Shown here in pieces: positions 11,413-24,963 of a stretch of DNA of 64,000 bases (position 1 is the stretch's first letter; every line of letters begins with the position of its first letter). Made by a program: the position numbers and the translations under genes. The stretch covers positions 15,812,001 to 15,876,000 of the forward strand of contig NC_058383.1 of NCBI RefSeq assembly GCF_018350175.1, in the 5' to 3' direction. A model generated the notes under the pieces. It saw only the letters and a program-made list of their open reading frames with translations, had not been told where the DNA came from and ran no database searches. Source of the stretch: Felis catus. Its lineage: Eukaryota.

Positions 11413-14400
11413 AAACATTTAAAAATAAATAAATAAAACGAGATAACAAACCTCTGAAAGCTCCTGGCTCTGGTGCCTCTCTAACAAGGGCTCAGCATAT
11501 CTAAGTTTGTTTTCTCTTTATTCAGTTAGCAAAATCTTTTTTTTAAGTTTATTTATTTTGACAGAGAGAGAAAGAGAGAGAGAGAATCCCAAGCAGACTC
11601 CATGAAGACAGCACAGAGCCCAACGAGGGGCTCCATGTCACAAACTGTGAGATCACGACCTGAGGCCAAGATCAAGAGCTGGACATTTAACCAACTGAGC
11701 CATCCAGGTGTCCCAAGTTAGTAAAATCTTGTAAGCAACTTGATCTGAGGAAATTTAAACAAATACCCACCGTGACAATTTTCTTTTGTTTGCTTATTTA
11801 TTTATTTTGAGAGAGAGAGAGAGAACACGCACAGAGGGGACGGGCAGAGGGAGGGAGAGAGAGAATCTCAAGCAGGCTTGCTGCTGTCAGCACAGAGCCA
11901 GACATGGGCCTCGAACTCATGAACCATGAGATCATGACCTAAGCCGAAACCAAAAGTCAGATGCTTAACCAACTGAGCCACCCAGGTGCCCCTGGAACAT
12001 TTAAATCTAATGAAGAACATGCTCAGATTTGTCCCTAGCTGCTTTGGAGCAGAAGAAATGGACCACTAGGATTACAAAGCTTAGCCAAAGAAAATGAGCA
12101 AAATTAGCAGGCCGAGAGCAAGAGGAGAGGGAAGGAAGGAGATAGCACTCCTCAAAGTGATTATAGATAGACCCAAGGGCTGCCTCCCAAATCCAATCTT
12201 TCAACATTAAGGGCTATGTCCCCCATTCCACTTCCTGCATTCTAGACCCCTTCAAGAAAAGTGTTTACCATGGCCTGGAGCTGCTGCCAGTCCCTCTCCA
12301 CAAAACAGAATTGCAACTGAGGTGACCTTCATACTGCCCCCAAAATACTTCACCCAACTACAAGACCTGAAGAAAAACTGAGGAGCGCCTGGGTGGCTCG
12401 GTCAGTTAAGCGTCCAACTCTTGATTTCAGCTCAGGTCATGATCTTACGGTTTGTGGGATAGAGCCCTGCGTTGGACTCCACACTGACAGCACAGAGCCT
12501 GCTTGGGATTCTCTCTCTCCCTTTCTCTCTGCTCTCTGTCTCTCTCTCTCTCAAAATAAATAAACTTAAAAGAAAAGAAAAAGAAAAAGAAAACTGAGTA
12601 GCCAGGTGAGGGATGGTGCTTGTATGTTACCTATTAAACTGTGAGAAAAAATTCCAGACGAGACTTTGGTAAGAATGAGACACAAATCCCTTCAGTGAAA
12701 TCTGGCAGGGAGGTTGACCTTCCTTCCTGTCATGTGATGGGATGTCTCCCTGAGCAAGACAGCTTTAGGTGACCCAAGAGCCACACTGTAGAAGGTAGCC
12801 AGAAGCAAGGAGCTGCTTGAAGTGAAGTGAAGCTCAGAGCCCTTTGGAAACAAGTGTTTCTGCTTTCTAAATCTACCTCCAATCCATGTAGTATATCTTA
12901 AGAAAAAAGACTCCAGGGACACCTGGATGACTGTCAGTTAAGCGTCTGACTCTTGATTTCAGCTAAGGTCACAATCTCACAATTTGTAAGATCAAGCCAG
13001 TACGGAGCCCTCTTGGGATTCTCTCTCTCCCTCTCTCTCTGCCCCCTCCCCAGCTCACACTCTCTCTCCCTCTCTGTCCAAATAAATAAATAAACTTTAA
13101 AAAGAGAAAAGCTTCAAAATATACTCTTAAGTGAAAAGAACAAAGTTAAGAACAGTGTATATAATATGCCCATTTGCAATTTTTTTTTAAATTTTTTTTT
13201 CAATGTTTATTTATTTTTGGGACAGAGAGAGACAGAGCATGAACGGGGGAGGGGCAGAGAGAGAGGGAGACACAGAATCAGAAACAGGCTCCAGGCTCGG
13301 AGCCATCAGCCCAGAGCCTGACGCGGGGCTCGAACTCACGGACCTCGAGATCGTGACCTGGCTGAAGTCGGACGCTTAACCGACTGCGCCACCCAGGCGC
13401 CCCTGCAATTTTTAAAAGTACACACGCATGCCTATGATTTTCAGAAATAACCTCTGGAAGGGCACACAGTAAACTGCAGCAGTGGCTCTTTCTGGCTGGA
13501 AACCTGAGGGACCTGGGGACAGGAGCGAGAAAGAGACTTCTTTTTCACTGTATCTATATACTTTGGCACTTTTTGAAATTTTGCGTCATGTGCTTGGATT
13601 ACCTATTTAAAATAAATAAAGTCAGAATTTTAAAACCCCTCTTCTGCAAAACTCACCACTGAAGCCTATATGAACATCTGGTTCCCATGACATGTATATT
13701 GCTTTGTGTAATTTTTTAAGCCGCGTACTCGGTACGCATATTCTGAACAAGCTGTATCTATTTTCCCTCCCCGGCTTTACCTCCTTCAGGTGATCTCTCC
13801 TCAGATAAGCTCACCTGAGGGCATGCACAGCATCACCCCGACCAATCCACAGGCAATTCAAAGGACTCAAAGTTTGTTTCTTCCAAACAGCCTAGGCAGC
13901 CCCACAGGCCCAAGGCAAGAGAGGAGGTGGGCACCTCCAGTGACAGCCTGGAAGCCAGTGACAGCCTGGAAGCCACTGCCCTGTAAGGCCAGCCTTGCAC
14001 AGCTTCCGCCTCGGGGATTCATCTCCTGGGAAGGCCTGGCCCAGGGTGAGGACTCCTTAACACAGTAATCTCACCTCCTGCAAGGAAAGTCCGTGCACCA
14101 CACCTAGCAACGTTCAGGCGGCACAGCCCTCCACCACGTCTACCTGGGGGGACTGTTGGCTTTGGTTTGGTTTTTGGTGCAGCAGATCTCCCTTCATGGC
14201 ATTGCCATTCTGGAATCTGGCATGGGGAGAGGATGGTGCCGAGGTGAGAGGCGGAAGGGAGGTGGAGGCCCTCAGAAATGGAAAATAGGAGAAGAGAAGC
14301 ATGCCAGGTCCCACTTTATTATCCTCTCTCTGAGTCCAAGGGAGCTGGAAATGAGGGTCAGGAGCAAGGGGTTTGGAAACAGAGAATGGAGACGACACAC

Positions 14401-16283
14401 TACCTTTGCAGTTCAAGGTGAAGGACCCTGGGTCTTTCAGAGGCACGCGTATGGCTGTGGGAGAAAGGGTGGGGAGTGGAGAGCTGGGGACAAAAGGAGG
14501 TCTCAAGGATAAGGAGAGAAATGGTAATGACAGGAGATGGCTGGGTCTACCCAGCCCTCTGTCCTGTCCCCAGCACAGGGCCTCACATGCGCTGAGTGAA
14601 TGGATGAGTGAATGAATAGATACAGAAATAGCAAAAGCTGCAGCTGTCAACAAAGGCCACCAAGGCAAAGCAGAGGGGGACACGGGGAAGAGAACAGGAG
14701 GGCACTCAGGGTCCTCCCTGGGAGGGCAGAGAGATTCTGAGTGTGGGCTCCAGAGGCAAAAATCCTTGAAAGGGAAGTGAGAGTTAAATTAAACTTTCAC
14801 CCAACTTAAAGTGACCCCAAAGTCCTGGCTGACCTGGGACAAAATGAAACACTTACCTGCAAATAGCATCAAAGGGCTAATGTGCTGCAGGAGACACCTC
14901 ACAATTCTCTCGAAGCTTGGGAGATAGAGGGGATTTGAGACAAAAAAGAAAATGGTGATATGAGTTAAAGAAAAGGAAAAGAAAAGAGCATGCCTCCTCT
15001 CTTTCCCCACCCCTAGCTCTAGGAAAACTGGCCAGGTCAGGCCCCTCAGCCACATCATCATTTTTAAAATGAGAATCCAGCGCAGCCTATGAGCAGACAT
15101 TTTCCAAATGGCTACAGAATTCCTGCACCTTCCAAAAATACCTCTTCATGGAATTCCTGCCAGGGAGCGAGGGCCACATGCCCAGGCTGGAACCAACCAA
15201 CTGGGCTTCCTGAGCCCAGGAGCTACTACCGGCGTGCTCTGCAAACCCTAGATACAGGAAATGCCCACTGTTCCATGGGTAAACCCAGCCAGACAGCTGC
15301 TGGTGCTGAGCCGAAGACAGGAGCAAAGCATCTTCTAGCCCCACTTATGACAAAAGAGATTATGGGACTTCCAGGAGTGACTTTCAAGCCTCACTGTGCC
15401 TATAAACCACCTGTGCAGCTTTGTAAGCTAGACACCAAGCCTCTCATCAGTTATATCGAGCAGAAGCTCTGGGGGAAGGGTCTCCTCACCCCGGGGGGCA
15501 GACAGGTACTGGAGTAGCGACTGGGAGGTGACATCAGGGGGACTTGAGAGAGGCTAGTCACTGATACTCTGTTTCCTGACCTAGAAATTAACCCAGTTTG
15601 TTCACTTTGTGAAAATCTATCAAACTATACTCACATGTGCACTTTTCTGTATGTTACGCTTCATTTTTTTACAAGCTGCCAGATAAAGTCTACTGGCCTA
15701 CCTGGTGTGAGAACCCCTGAGTCAGAGGTCCAGGTTGAGGGCCTTAGGTTACGCTAGGGATGCTGAGTGCTTTGGGGTATGGGTTGCAGTAGCTACAGGG
15801 GTCTGCCTCTACTCTTAGGCAAGCCTCTGACTTTCAGGGGAGAGAGGCTCCAGGGAATAGAGGGGCCTCAGGTGGGAGGTGCACCAGGGAATAGGCCTGT
15901 GCCCACGGATGCTGACTACTGACACCAGTGCAGACCAGGAGCATCTGCCAAGCCTAGTGACTTGTCCTGCACCTAGCTTGGGCAGGCCTCCGTGAGCTAA
16001 TTCAAGAGGGCCATTTTCTCCTGTGGCTTTGGTTTTCCTTCCCCAGTTAAATAGGCTGCAGAGACTTCCAGCTTCTTGCCACCTGCCTAGGTCTCTTTCC
16101 CAGAGCAATCAGCTTCTTGGAAGGATATGCTACTCCCTGCAGGATCTGGGGGATTCCAGCCCATATTTACTAATGTCTTCCACCAGGCAGTGTTCTAGCT
16201 GCTGAGGGCACAGCAATGAACAAGTCAGACCCCGCTGCCCTTATTGGCTTCAAGTTTAATGTAGAGCCTGGCATTCAATTACA

Positions 16284-16835
16284 TGTGAAGGAGATCAGAA
16301 AACGCCACCTCAGAATCTGCCACTGTGGCTAAAGGAGTATTTTGAGGTGAAGGCAATCAAGAAGCAGAAAACTTGAGTTCTTTGTCCTCTTCCTTTCTGC
16401 TGGAAACAGGGTGTAAATTTCTCTTTTGCAAAGGAAATTTTCATTTGTAAAGATGCTCCCCCCTCCTACCAGGAAGAGGAGAACGATGTGGAGTTAACTC
16501 ATCACCTCCTCATCTCTTGAATCTGAATAGTAAACCTTACTCTATCACCCTCATTTTCCATTAGTTTCTCCTGTATATTTAACCTATCAGACTTCGCTGC
16601 CCCTAGAAGCCCAAATCCTCCCCTTTTCCCCTATGAAGTTAAGAATATAAACCTATGGGGTGCCTGGATGGCCCATACTTAACTGGATACAGTTAAGTAT
16701 CCAACTTTTGGTTTCAGCTCAGGTCATGATCTCACAGTTGGTGGGTTCGAGCCCCACATCAGGCTCTGTGCTGACAGTGTGGAGCCTGCTTGGGATTCTT
16801 CTCTCCTCTCTTTCTGCCCCTCCCTCACTCACATT

Positions 16836-16866
<31 letters not shown>

Positions 16867-17050
16867 AAAATAAATAAACTTTAAAAAAAAAAACAGAATA
16901 TAAACCTTTAACTAAGAAGACAACTACTTCCTTTGTTGGCTCCTGTGTGCCTGGGCAATAATGAACCTTTTCTCCTGTTGTCAGTTTAATCCTCAGGCCC
17001 CAGCCTCTGAACCTAAGAGGGTAGATGACTGTGTTGCCTTTCCCATTGCT
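16284..17050 (+). mobile_element. Solo LTR, MER34-like (ERV1), with a SINE insertion at ~16657-16893
   Basis: Start 'tgtgaaggagatcagaaaacgccacctcagaatctgccactgtggc...tattttgaggtgaaggcaat' resembles the MER34 5' end. Confidence 0.65.
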
Positions 17051-19322
17051 ACTTAACAGAAGCACTCAAGACTTGCTCACCACCAGTATGCTCAGGTCTC
17101 CACTTCTGTTCATTTGTTCATACACATTCTTCTACCTGCATTGACCTCAACCCAGCTCTGCCAGTGAAAATTCAGCCAACCTTCAAACATTGCAAACACC
17201 AATTCCATTTGGAAGTGTCTCATCTCTGTGACCTTTGTGACTGTGTCCTACATTATACTTTTCTTAAGAAACCCTTCCCATTCATGGAGAATCATCTATC
17301 TTGCTACCGGAAGGCATAAGAAAGCTGGAGTAGCCATACTTATGTCAGAAAAACTACATTTTAAACTAAAGGCTGTAACAAGAGATGAAGGGCATTATAT
17401 CATAAGTACAGGGTCTATCCATCAAGAAGAGGTAATAATCATAAATGTTTATGCCCTCAGTTTGGAAGTACCCTAATATATAATCAATTAATCATAAACA
17501 TAAACAATCTTATTGGTAAGAATATGGTTATTGTAGGTGACTTTAACACTCAATTTACAGCAATGGACAGATTATCTAGGTAGAAAAATCAATAAAGAAA
17601 TAAGGGCCTTGAATGATACACAGGACCAGATGGACTTGACAGATATATTCAGAACTTTTTACCCAAAAGCAGCAGAATACACTTTCTTCTCAAGTGTACA
17701 TGGAACATTCTCCAAGATAGATCACGTACTGGGTCACAAAACATCCCTCAATAAATATAAAAGAATTGAGATCATACAATGCATATTTTCAGATCACAAT
17801 GCTATGAAATTTGAAATCAACCACAAGAAAAAGTTTGGAAAACACCCAAATGCATGGAGGTTAAAGAACATCCTACTAAAGAATGAATTGGTCAACCAGG
17901 CAATTAAAGAAGAAATTAAAAAATATATAGAAGCAAATGAAAATGAAAACATGACAGTCCAAACCCTGTGGGATGCAGCAAAGGCAGTCCTAAGAGAAAA
18001 ATACATTGCAATCCAGGACTATCTCAAGAAACAAGAAAAACCCCAAATACAAAATCTAACAGCACACCTAAAGAAACTAGAAGTAGAATGGCCAAGGCCA
18101 GCAGAAGAAGAGAAATAATAAAGATTAGAAGAAATAAACAATATAGAATTAAAAAAAAAAAAAAACAGAACAGATCAGTGAATCTAAGAGCTGTTTTTAA
18201 AAAAAAAAAAAAAACAAAATTGATAAACCCCTAGCCAGACTTCTCAAAAAGAAAAGAGAGAGGACCCAAATAGATAAAATCATGAATGAAAAAGGACAGA
18301 TCACAACCAACACCACAGAAATGCAAACAATTATCAGAGAATACTATGAAAAATTATATGCCAACAAACTAGATAACCTGGAAGAAATGGACAAATTCTT
18401 AGACACCCACACACTACCAAAAATCAAACAGGAATACATAGAAAATTTGAACAGACCCATAACAAACAAACAAAAAAACGAATCAGTTATCAAAAAATCT
18501 CCCAATAAATAAGAGTCCTGGGCCAGATGGCTTCCCAGGGGAGTTCTACCAGACATTTAAAGCAGAGTTAATACATATCCTTCTCAAGCTGTTCCAGAAA
18601 ATAGAAATGGAAGGAAAGCTTCTGGACTTCTTCTATGGAGCCAGCATTACCTTGATTCCCAAACCAGACAGAAACCCCACAAAAAAGGAGAATCACAGGC
18701 CAATATCCCTGATGAATATGGATGCAAAAATTCTCAACAAGATCCTAGCAAATTGAATTCAACAGTATATTAAAAGAATAACTCACCATGATCAAGTGGG
18801 ATTCATTCCTGGGTTGCAGTGCTGGTTAAATATTCACAAGTCAATCAATGTGATACATTGCATTAATAAAAGAACGGATAAGAACCATATGACCTTGTCA
18901 ATAGATACAGAAAAGCTTTTGACAACATTCTTTCTTAATAAAAACCCTCAAGAAAGTCAGGATAGAAGGAACATACCTTAACATCATAAAAGCCATTTAT
19001 GAAAAGCCCACAGCTAATATCATCCTCAATGGGGAAAAACTGAGAACTTTCCCTCTGAGATCAAGAACACAACAGGGATGTCCACTCTCACCACTGTCAT
19101 TTAAACATAGTGTTGGAAGTCCTAGCCTCAGTAATCAAACAACAAAATGAAATAAAAGCATCCAAATTGTCAAAGAAGAAGTCAAACTTGCATTTTTCAC
19201 AGTTGACACGATACTCTACATGGAAAACCCAAAAGACTCCACCAAAAAGCTGCTAGAACTGATACATGAATTCAGCTAAGTCTCAGAGTACAAAATCAAC
19301 GTACAGAAATTGGTTGAATTTC

Positions 19323-19546
19323 TTTTTTTTAAACTTTTTTTTTAACGTTTATTTATTTTTGAGACAGAGAGAGACAGAGCATGAACGGGGGAGGGTCAGA
19401 GAGAGAGGGAGACACAGAATCTGAAACAGGCTCCAGGCTCTGAGCAGTCAGCACAGAGCCCGACGTGGGGCTCGAACTCAAGGACTGCGAGATTGTGACC
19501 TGAGCTGAGGTTGGACGCTTAACCGACTGAGCCACCCAGGCGCCCC
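19323..19546 (-). mobile_element. CAN-SINE inserted in the L1 reverse-transcriptase region
   Basis: TSD AATTGGTTGAATTTC (19308-19322) versus AATTGGTTGCATTTC (19547-19561). Confidence 0.92.
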
Positions 19547-20988
19547 AATTGGTTGCATTTCTATACACCAATAATGAAGCAACAGAAAGAGAAATCAAGA
19601 AATCAATCCCATTTACAATTGCACCAAGAACCATAAAATACCTAGGAATAAACCTAACCAAAGATGTAAAAGATTTGTATGTTGAAAACTATAGAAAACT
19701 TATGAAGGAAAATGAAGATACAAAGAAATGGAAAAACATTCCGTGCTCATGGATTGGAAGAATAAATATTGTTAAAATGTCAATACTACCCAAAGCAATC
19801 TACACATTCAATACAATCCCAATCAAAATTGCATCAGCATTCTCCTTAAAGCTAAAATGAACAATCCTAAAATTTGTATGGAACCACAAAAAACCCCAAA
19901 TAGCCAAAGTAATGTTTTAAAAGAAAACCAAAGCGGGAGGCATCACAATCCCAGACTTTAGCCTCTACTACAAAGCTATAATCACCAAGACATTATGGTA
20001 TTGGCACAAAAACAGACACATAGACCAATGGAATAGAATAGAGAACCCAGAATTGGACCCACAAATATATGGCCAACTAATCTTTGACAAAGCAGGAAAG
20101 AATATCCAATGGAAAAGAGACAGTCTCTTTAGCAAATAGTGCTGGGAGAACTGGATAGTAACATACAGAAGAATGAAACTGGACCACTTTCTTACACCAT
20201 ACACAAGAATAAACTCAAAATGGATGAAAGACCTAAATCTGAGACAGGAAGCCAGCAAAACCCTAGAGGAGAAAACAGGCAACAACCTCTTTGACCTCAG
20301 TCACAGCAATTTCTTGCTTGACACATCTCCGAAGACAAGGGAATTAAAAACAAAAATGAACTATTGAGACTTCATCAAGATAAAAAGCTTCTGCATTGCA
20401 AAGGAAACAATCAACAAAAGGCAGCTGACGGAATGGGAGAAGATATTTGCAAATGACATATGGATAAAGGATTAGTATCCAAAATCTATAAAGAACTTAC
20501 CAAACTCAACACCCGAAAAACAAATAATTCAGTGAAGAAATGGGCAGAAGACATGAATAGACACTTTTCCAAGAAGACATCCAGATGGCTAACAGACACA
20601 TGAAAAGATGCTCAACATCACTCATCATTAGGAAAATGCAAATCAAAACCACATTGAGATACCACCAAAGTGGCTAAAATTAACAACTCAGGAAACAACA
20701 GATGCTGGAGAGGATGTAGAGAAATGGGAACGCTCTTGCACTGTTGGTAGGAATGCAAACTGGTACAGCCACTCTTGAAAACAGTGTAGAAGTTCCTAAA
20801 AAATTAAAAATAGAATTACCCTATGACCCAGCAATAGCACTACTAGGAATTTATCCAAAGGATACAGGAGTGCTGATTCATAGGGGCACATGTACCCCAA
20901 TGTTTATAGCAGCACTATCAACAATAGCCAAAGTATGGAAAGAGCCTAAATGTCCATCAATTGAAGAATGGATAAAGAAGATGTGGTT

Positions 20989-22435
20989 AATCCCAGACTT
21001 TAGCCTCTACTACAAAGCTGTAATCATCAAGACAGCATGGTATTGGCACAAAAACAGACACATAGACCAATGGAATAGAATAGAAACCCCAGAACTAGAC
21101 CCACAAACGTATGGCCAACTCATCTTTGACAAAGCAGGAAAGAACATCCAATGGAAAAAAGACAGTCTCTTTAACAAATGGTGCTGGGAGAACTGGACAG
21201 CAACATGCAGAAGGTTGAAACTAGACCACTTTCTCACACCATTCACAAAAAAAACCCCTCAAAATGGATAAAGGACCTGAATGTGAGACAGGAAACCATC
21301 AAAATCCTGGAGGAGAAAGCAGGAAAAGACCTCTCTGACCTCAGCCATAGCAATCTCTTACTCGACACATCCCCAAAGGCAAGGGAATTAAAAGCAAAAA
21401 TGAATTACTGGGACCTTATGAAGATTAAAAGCTTCTGCACACCAAAGGAAACAACCAACAAAACTATAAGGCAACCAACGGAATGGGAAAAGATATTTGC
21501 AAATGACATCGGACAAAGGGCTAGTATCCAAAATCTATAAAGAGCTCACCAAACTCCACACCCGAAAAACAAATAACCCAGTGAAGAAATGGGCAGAAAA
21601 CATGAATAGACACTTCTCTAAAGAAGACATCCGGATGGCCAACAGGCACATGAAAAGATGTTCAGCGTCGCTCCTTTTCAGGGAAATACAAATCAAAACC
21701 ACACTCAGGTATCACCTCACGCCCGTCAGAGTGGCCAAAATGAACAAATCAGGAGACTATAGATGCTGGAGAGGATGTGGAGAAACGGGAACCCTCTTGC
21801 ACTGTTGGTGGGAATGCAAACTGGTGCAGCCACTCTGGAAAGCAGTGTGGAGGTTCCTCAGAAAATTAAAAATAGACCTACCCTATGACCCAGCAATAGC
21901 ACTGCTAGGAATTTACCCAAGGGATACAGGAGTACTGATACATAGGGGCACTTGTACCCCAATGTTTATAGCAGCACTCTCAACAATAGCCAAATGATGG
22001 AAAGAGCCTAAATGTCCATCAACTGATGAATGGATAAAGAAATTGTGGTTTATATACACAATGGAGTACTACATGGCAATGAGAAAGAACGAAATATAGC
22101 CCTTTGTAGCAACATGGATGGAACTGGAGAATGTGATACTAAGTGAAATAAGCCATACAGAGAAAGACAGATACCATATGTTTTCACTCTTATGTGGATC
22201 CTGAGAAACTTAACAGAAACCCATGGGGGAGGGGAAGGAAAAAAAAAAGAGGTTAGAATGGGAGAGAGCCAAAGCATAAGAGACTCTTAAAAACTGAGAA
22301 CAAACTGAGGGGTGATGGGGGGTGGGAGGGAGGGAAGCGTGGGTGATGAGTATTGAGGAGGGCACCTTTTGGGATGAGCACTGGGTGTTGTATGGAAACC
22401 AATTTGACAATAAATTTCATATATTGGGGGGAAAA
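20989..22435 (+). mobile_element. Younger 5'-truncated felid L1 nested in the older L1
   Basis: Sequence jumps back from the ORF2 end to 'aatcccagactttagcc'; has its own 3' UTR and A tail; TSD AAAGAAGATGTGGTT (20974-20988) versus AAAGAAGACGTGGTT (22436-22450); host L1 resumes at 22451. Confidence 0.93.
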
Positions 22436-23206
22436 AAAGAAGACGTGGTTTATATATACAATGGAATACTACTTGGCAATGACAAAGAATGAAATCCTGC
22501 CATTTGCAGCAACCTGGATGGGACTGGAAGGTATTATGGTGAGTGAAATAAGTCAGTCAGAGGAAGACAAATAACCTACATTTTCACTCATATGTGGACC
22601 TTGAGAAACTTAACAGAAGACCATGGGGAAAGGAAGGGGAAAAAATAATTTCAGACAGAGAGGGAGGAAAAGCGTAAGAGACTCTTAAATACAGAGAACA
22701 AACTGAGGGTTGATGGGAGGGTTGGGGGAGGGAGGAAATGGGTGATGGGCATTGAGAAGGGCACTTGTTGGGATGACCACTGGGTGTTGTATGTAAACGA
22801 AGAATCATGGGAATCTACCCCCAAAACCAAGAGCATACTGTGTACACTGTATGTTAGCCAAGCTGACAATAAATTATATTTACAAAAAAAAAAAAAAGAA
22901 ATTCTTCCTATTCTTTTTTGCATTTTTATTCTCTGTGTATTTGTCTGGTTCTCCTCCCTCACCCTTAGCAGACAGGAAGCCACTTGGATGAGGGTGCATA
23001 TTCCCCATGGCACCCAACGCTCTTCTGGGCCCATAAGAGGCCTTGGAATGTTTGTTGAGATGGATTAAATTGAATGATGGGACAGTGTTTCCCTTAAGAA
23101 TCATCACCTCACTTTGTTCTGTAATTTACAGACAAAAAGTCCTCTTGTGTTTTTTTGAAAAATTTTAAACATAAAAAAGGGCTAAAAAGAGTACAATTAA
23201 CTGCAG

Positions 23207-23233
23207 TATATATATATGTGTATATATACTGTG

Positions 23234-23269
<36 letters not shown>

Positions 23270-23287
23270 CTGCATATATATATATAT
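23207..23287. repeat. Interrupted (TA)n microsatellite
   Basis: Direct reading. Confidence 0.95.
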
Positions 23288-23417
23288 CCTTTACCAAGTG
23301 TCCAACCGGTGATTCTCCAATTGTTAACATTTGGTACCTTTGTTGGATATCTATCTGTATGTAATTATCATTGTTGTTATTGAACCATTTGATAACAAAT
23401 TACAGACACTGTGTCTT

Positions 23418-24810
23418 TTCTTTTCTTTTTTTTTATTTTTTATATGAAATTTATTGACAAATTGGTTTCCATACAACACCCAGTGCTCATCCCAAAAGGT
23501 GCCCTCCTCAGTACCCATCACCCACCCTCTCCTCCCTCCCACCCCCCATCAACCCTCAGTTTGTTCTCAGTTTTTAAGAGTCTCTTATGCTTTGGCTCTC
23601 TCCCACTCTAACCTGTTTTTTTTTTTTTTCCTTCCCCTCCCCCATGGGTTCCTGTTAAGTTTCTCAGGGTCCACATAAGAGTGAAACCATATGGTATCTG
23701 TCTTTCTCTGTATGGCTTATTTCACTTAGCATCACACTCTCCAGTTCCATCCACGTTGCTACAAAAGGCCATATTTCATTTTTTCTCATTGCCACGTAAT
23801 ATTCCATTGTGTATATAAACCACAATTTCTTTATCCATTCATCAGTTGATGGACATTTAGGCTCTTTCCATCATTTGGCTATTGTTGAGAGTGCTGCTAT
23901 GAACATTGGGGTACAAGTGGCCCTATGCATCAGTACTCCTGTATCCCTTGGATAAATTCCTAGCAGTGCTATTGCTGGGTCGTAGGGTAGGTCTATTTTT
24001 AATTTTCTGAGGAACCTCCACACTGCTTTCCAGAGCGGCTGCACCAATTTGCATTCCCACCAACAGTGCAAGAGGGTTCCCGTTTCTCCACATCCTCTCC
24101 AGCATCTATAGTCTCCTGATTTGTTCATTTTGGCCACTCTGACGGGCGTGAGGTGATACCTGAGTGTGGTTTTGATTTGTATTTCCCTGATAAGGAGCGA
24201 CGCTGAACATCTTTTCATGTGCCTGTTGGCCATCCGGATGTCTTCTTTAGAGAAGTGTCTATTCATGTTTTCTGCCCATTTCTTCACTGGGTTATTTGTT
24301 TTTCGGGTGTGGAGTTTGGTGAGCTCTTTATAGATTTTGGATACTAGCCCTTTGTCCGATATGTCATTTGCGAATATCTTTTCCCATTCCGTTGGTTGCC
24401 TTTTAGTTTTGTTGGTTGTTTCCTTTGCTGTGCAGAAGCTTTTTATCTTCATAAGGTCCCAGTAATTCACTTTTGCTTTTAATTCCCTTGCCTTTGGGGA
24501 TGTGTCGAGTAAGAGATTGCTACGGCTGAGGTCAGAGAGGTCTTTTCCTGCTTTCTCCTCTAAGGTTTTGATGGTTTCCTGTCTCACATTTAGGTCCTTT
24601 ATCCATTTTGAGTTTATTTTTGTGAATGGTGTGAGAAAGTGGTCTAGTTTCAACCTTCTGCATGTTGCTGTCCAGTTCTCCCAGCACCATTTGTTAAAGA
24701 GGCTGTCTTTTTTCCATTGGATGTTCTTTCCTGCTTTGTCAAAGATGAGTTGGCCATACGTTTGTGGGTCTAGTTCTGGGGTTTCTATTCTATTCCATTG
24801 GTCTATGTGT
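23418..24810 (-). mobile_element. Young 5'-truncated felid L1
   Basis: 260-aa ORF2 C-terminal frame (23871-24653) including [18 protein letters not shown]; poly-T at left; perfect TSD AGACACTGTGTCTT (23404-23417 and 24811-24824). Confidence 0.95.
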
Positions 24811-24963
24811 AGACACTGTGTCTTATGTTCCTTTATATTTCATAGGTGTCACCTAAAAACAAGGACATTCTCTTATTCGCTGATCCAGTGAAGGAAATTT
24901 ATCTAATGTATGTAATATACAGTCCATATTCAAAGTTCTAAATTGTCCCAATAATGTCCTTTA

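Larger units (their letters stand above)
17284..22895 (+). mobile_element. 5'-truncated carnivore LINE-1 (ORF2 from the endonuclease domain to poly-A), disrupted; hosts a SINE and a younger L1
   Basis: ORF2 peptides [35 protein letters not shown]; several stops and frameshifts; TSD AAGAAACCCTTCCCATTC (17266-17283) versus AAGAAATTCTTCCTATTC (22896-22913) at a TT/AAGAAA site. Confidence 0.93.

Noticed and set aside
14857..14884. Possible 28-nt minus-strand exon (CCTGCAG acceptor, CAG|GTAAGT donor)
   Set aside because: Isolated pair of splice-like sites with no promoter or partner exon; such matches arise by chance in 64 kb
17284..22895. Possible active LINE-1
   Set aside because: No 5' UTR or ORF1; many stops and frameshifts; interrupted by a SINE and a second L1
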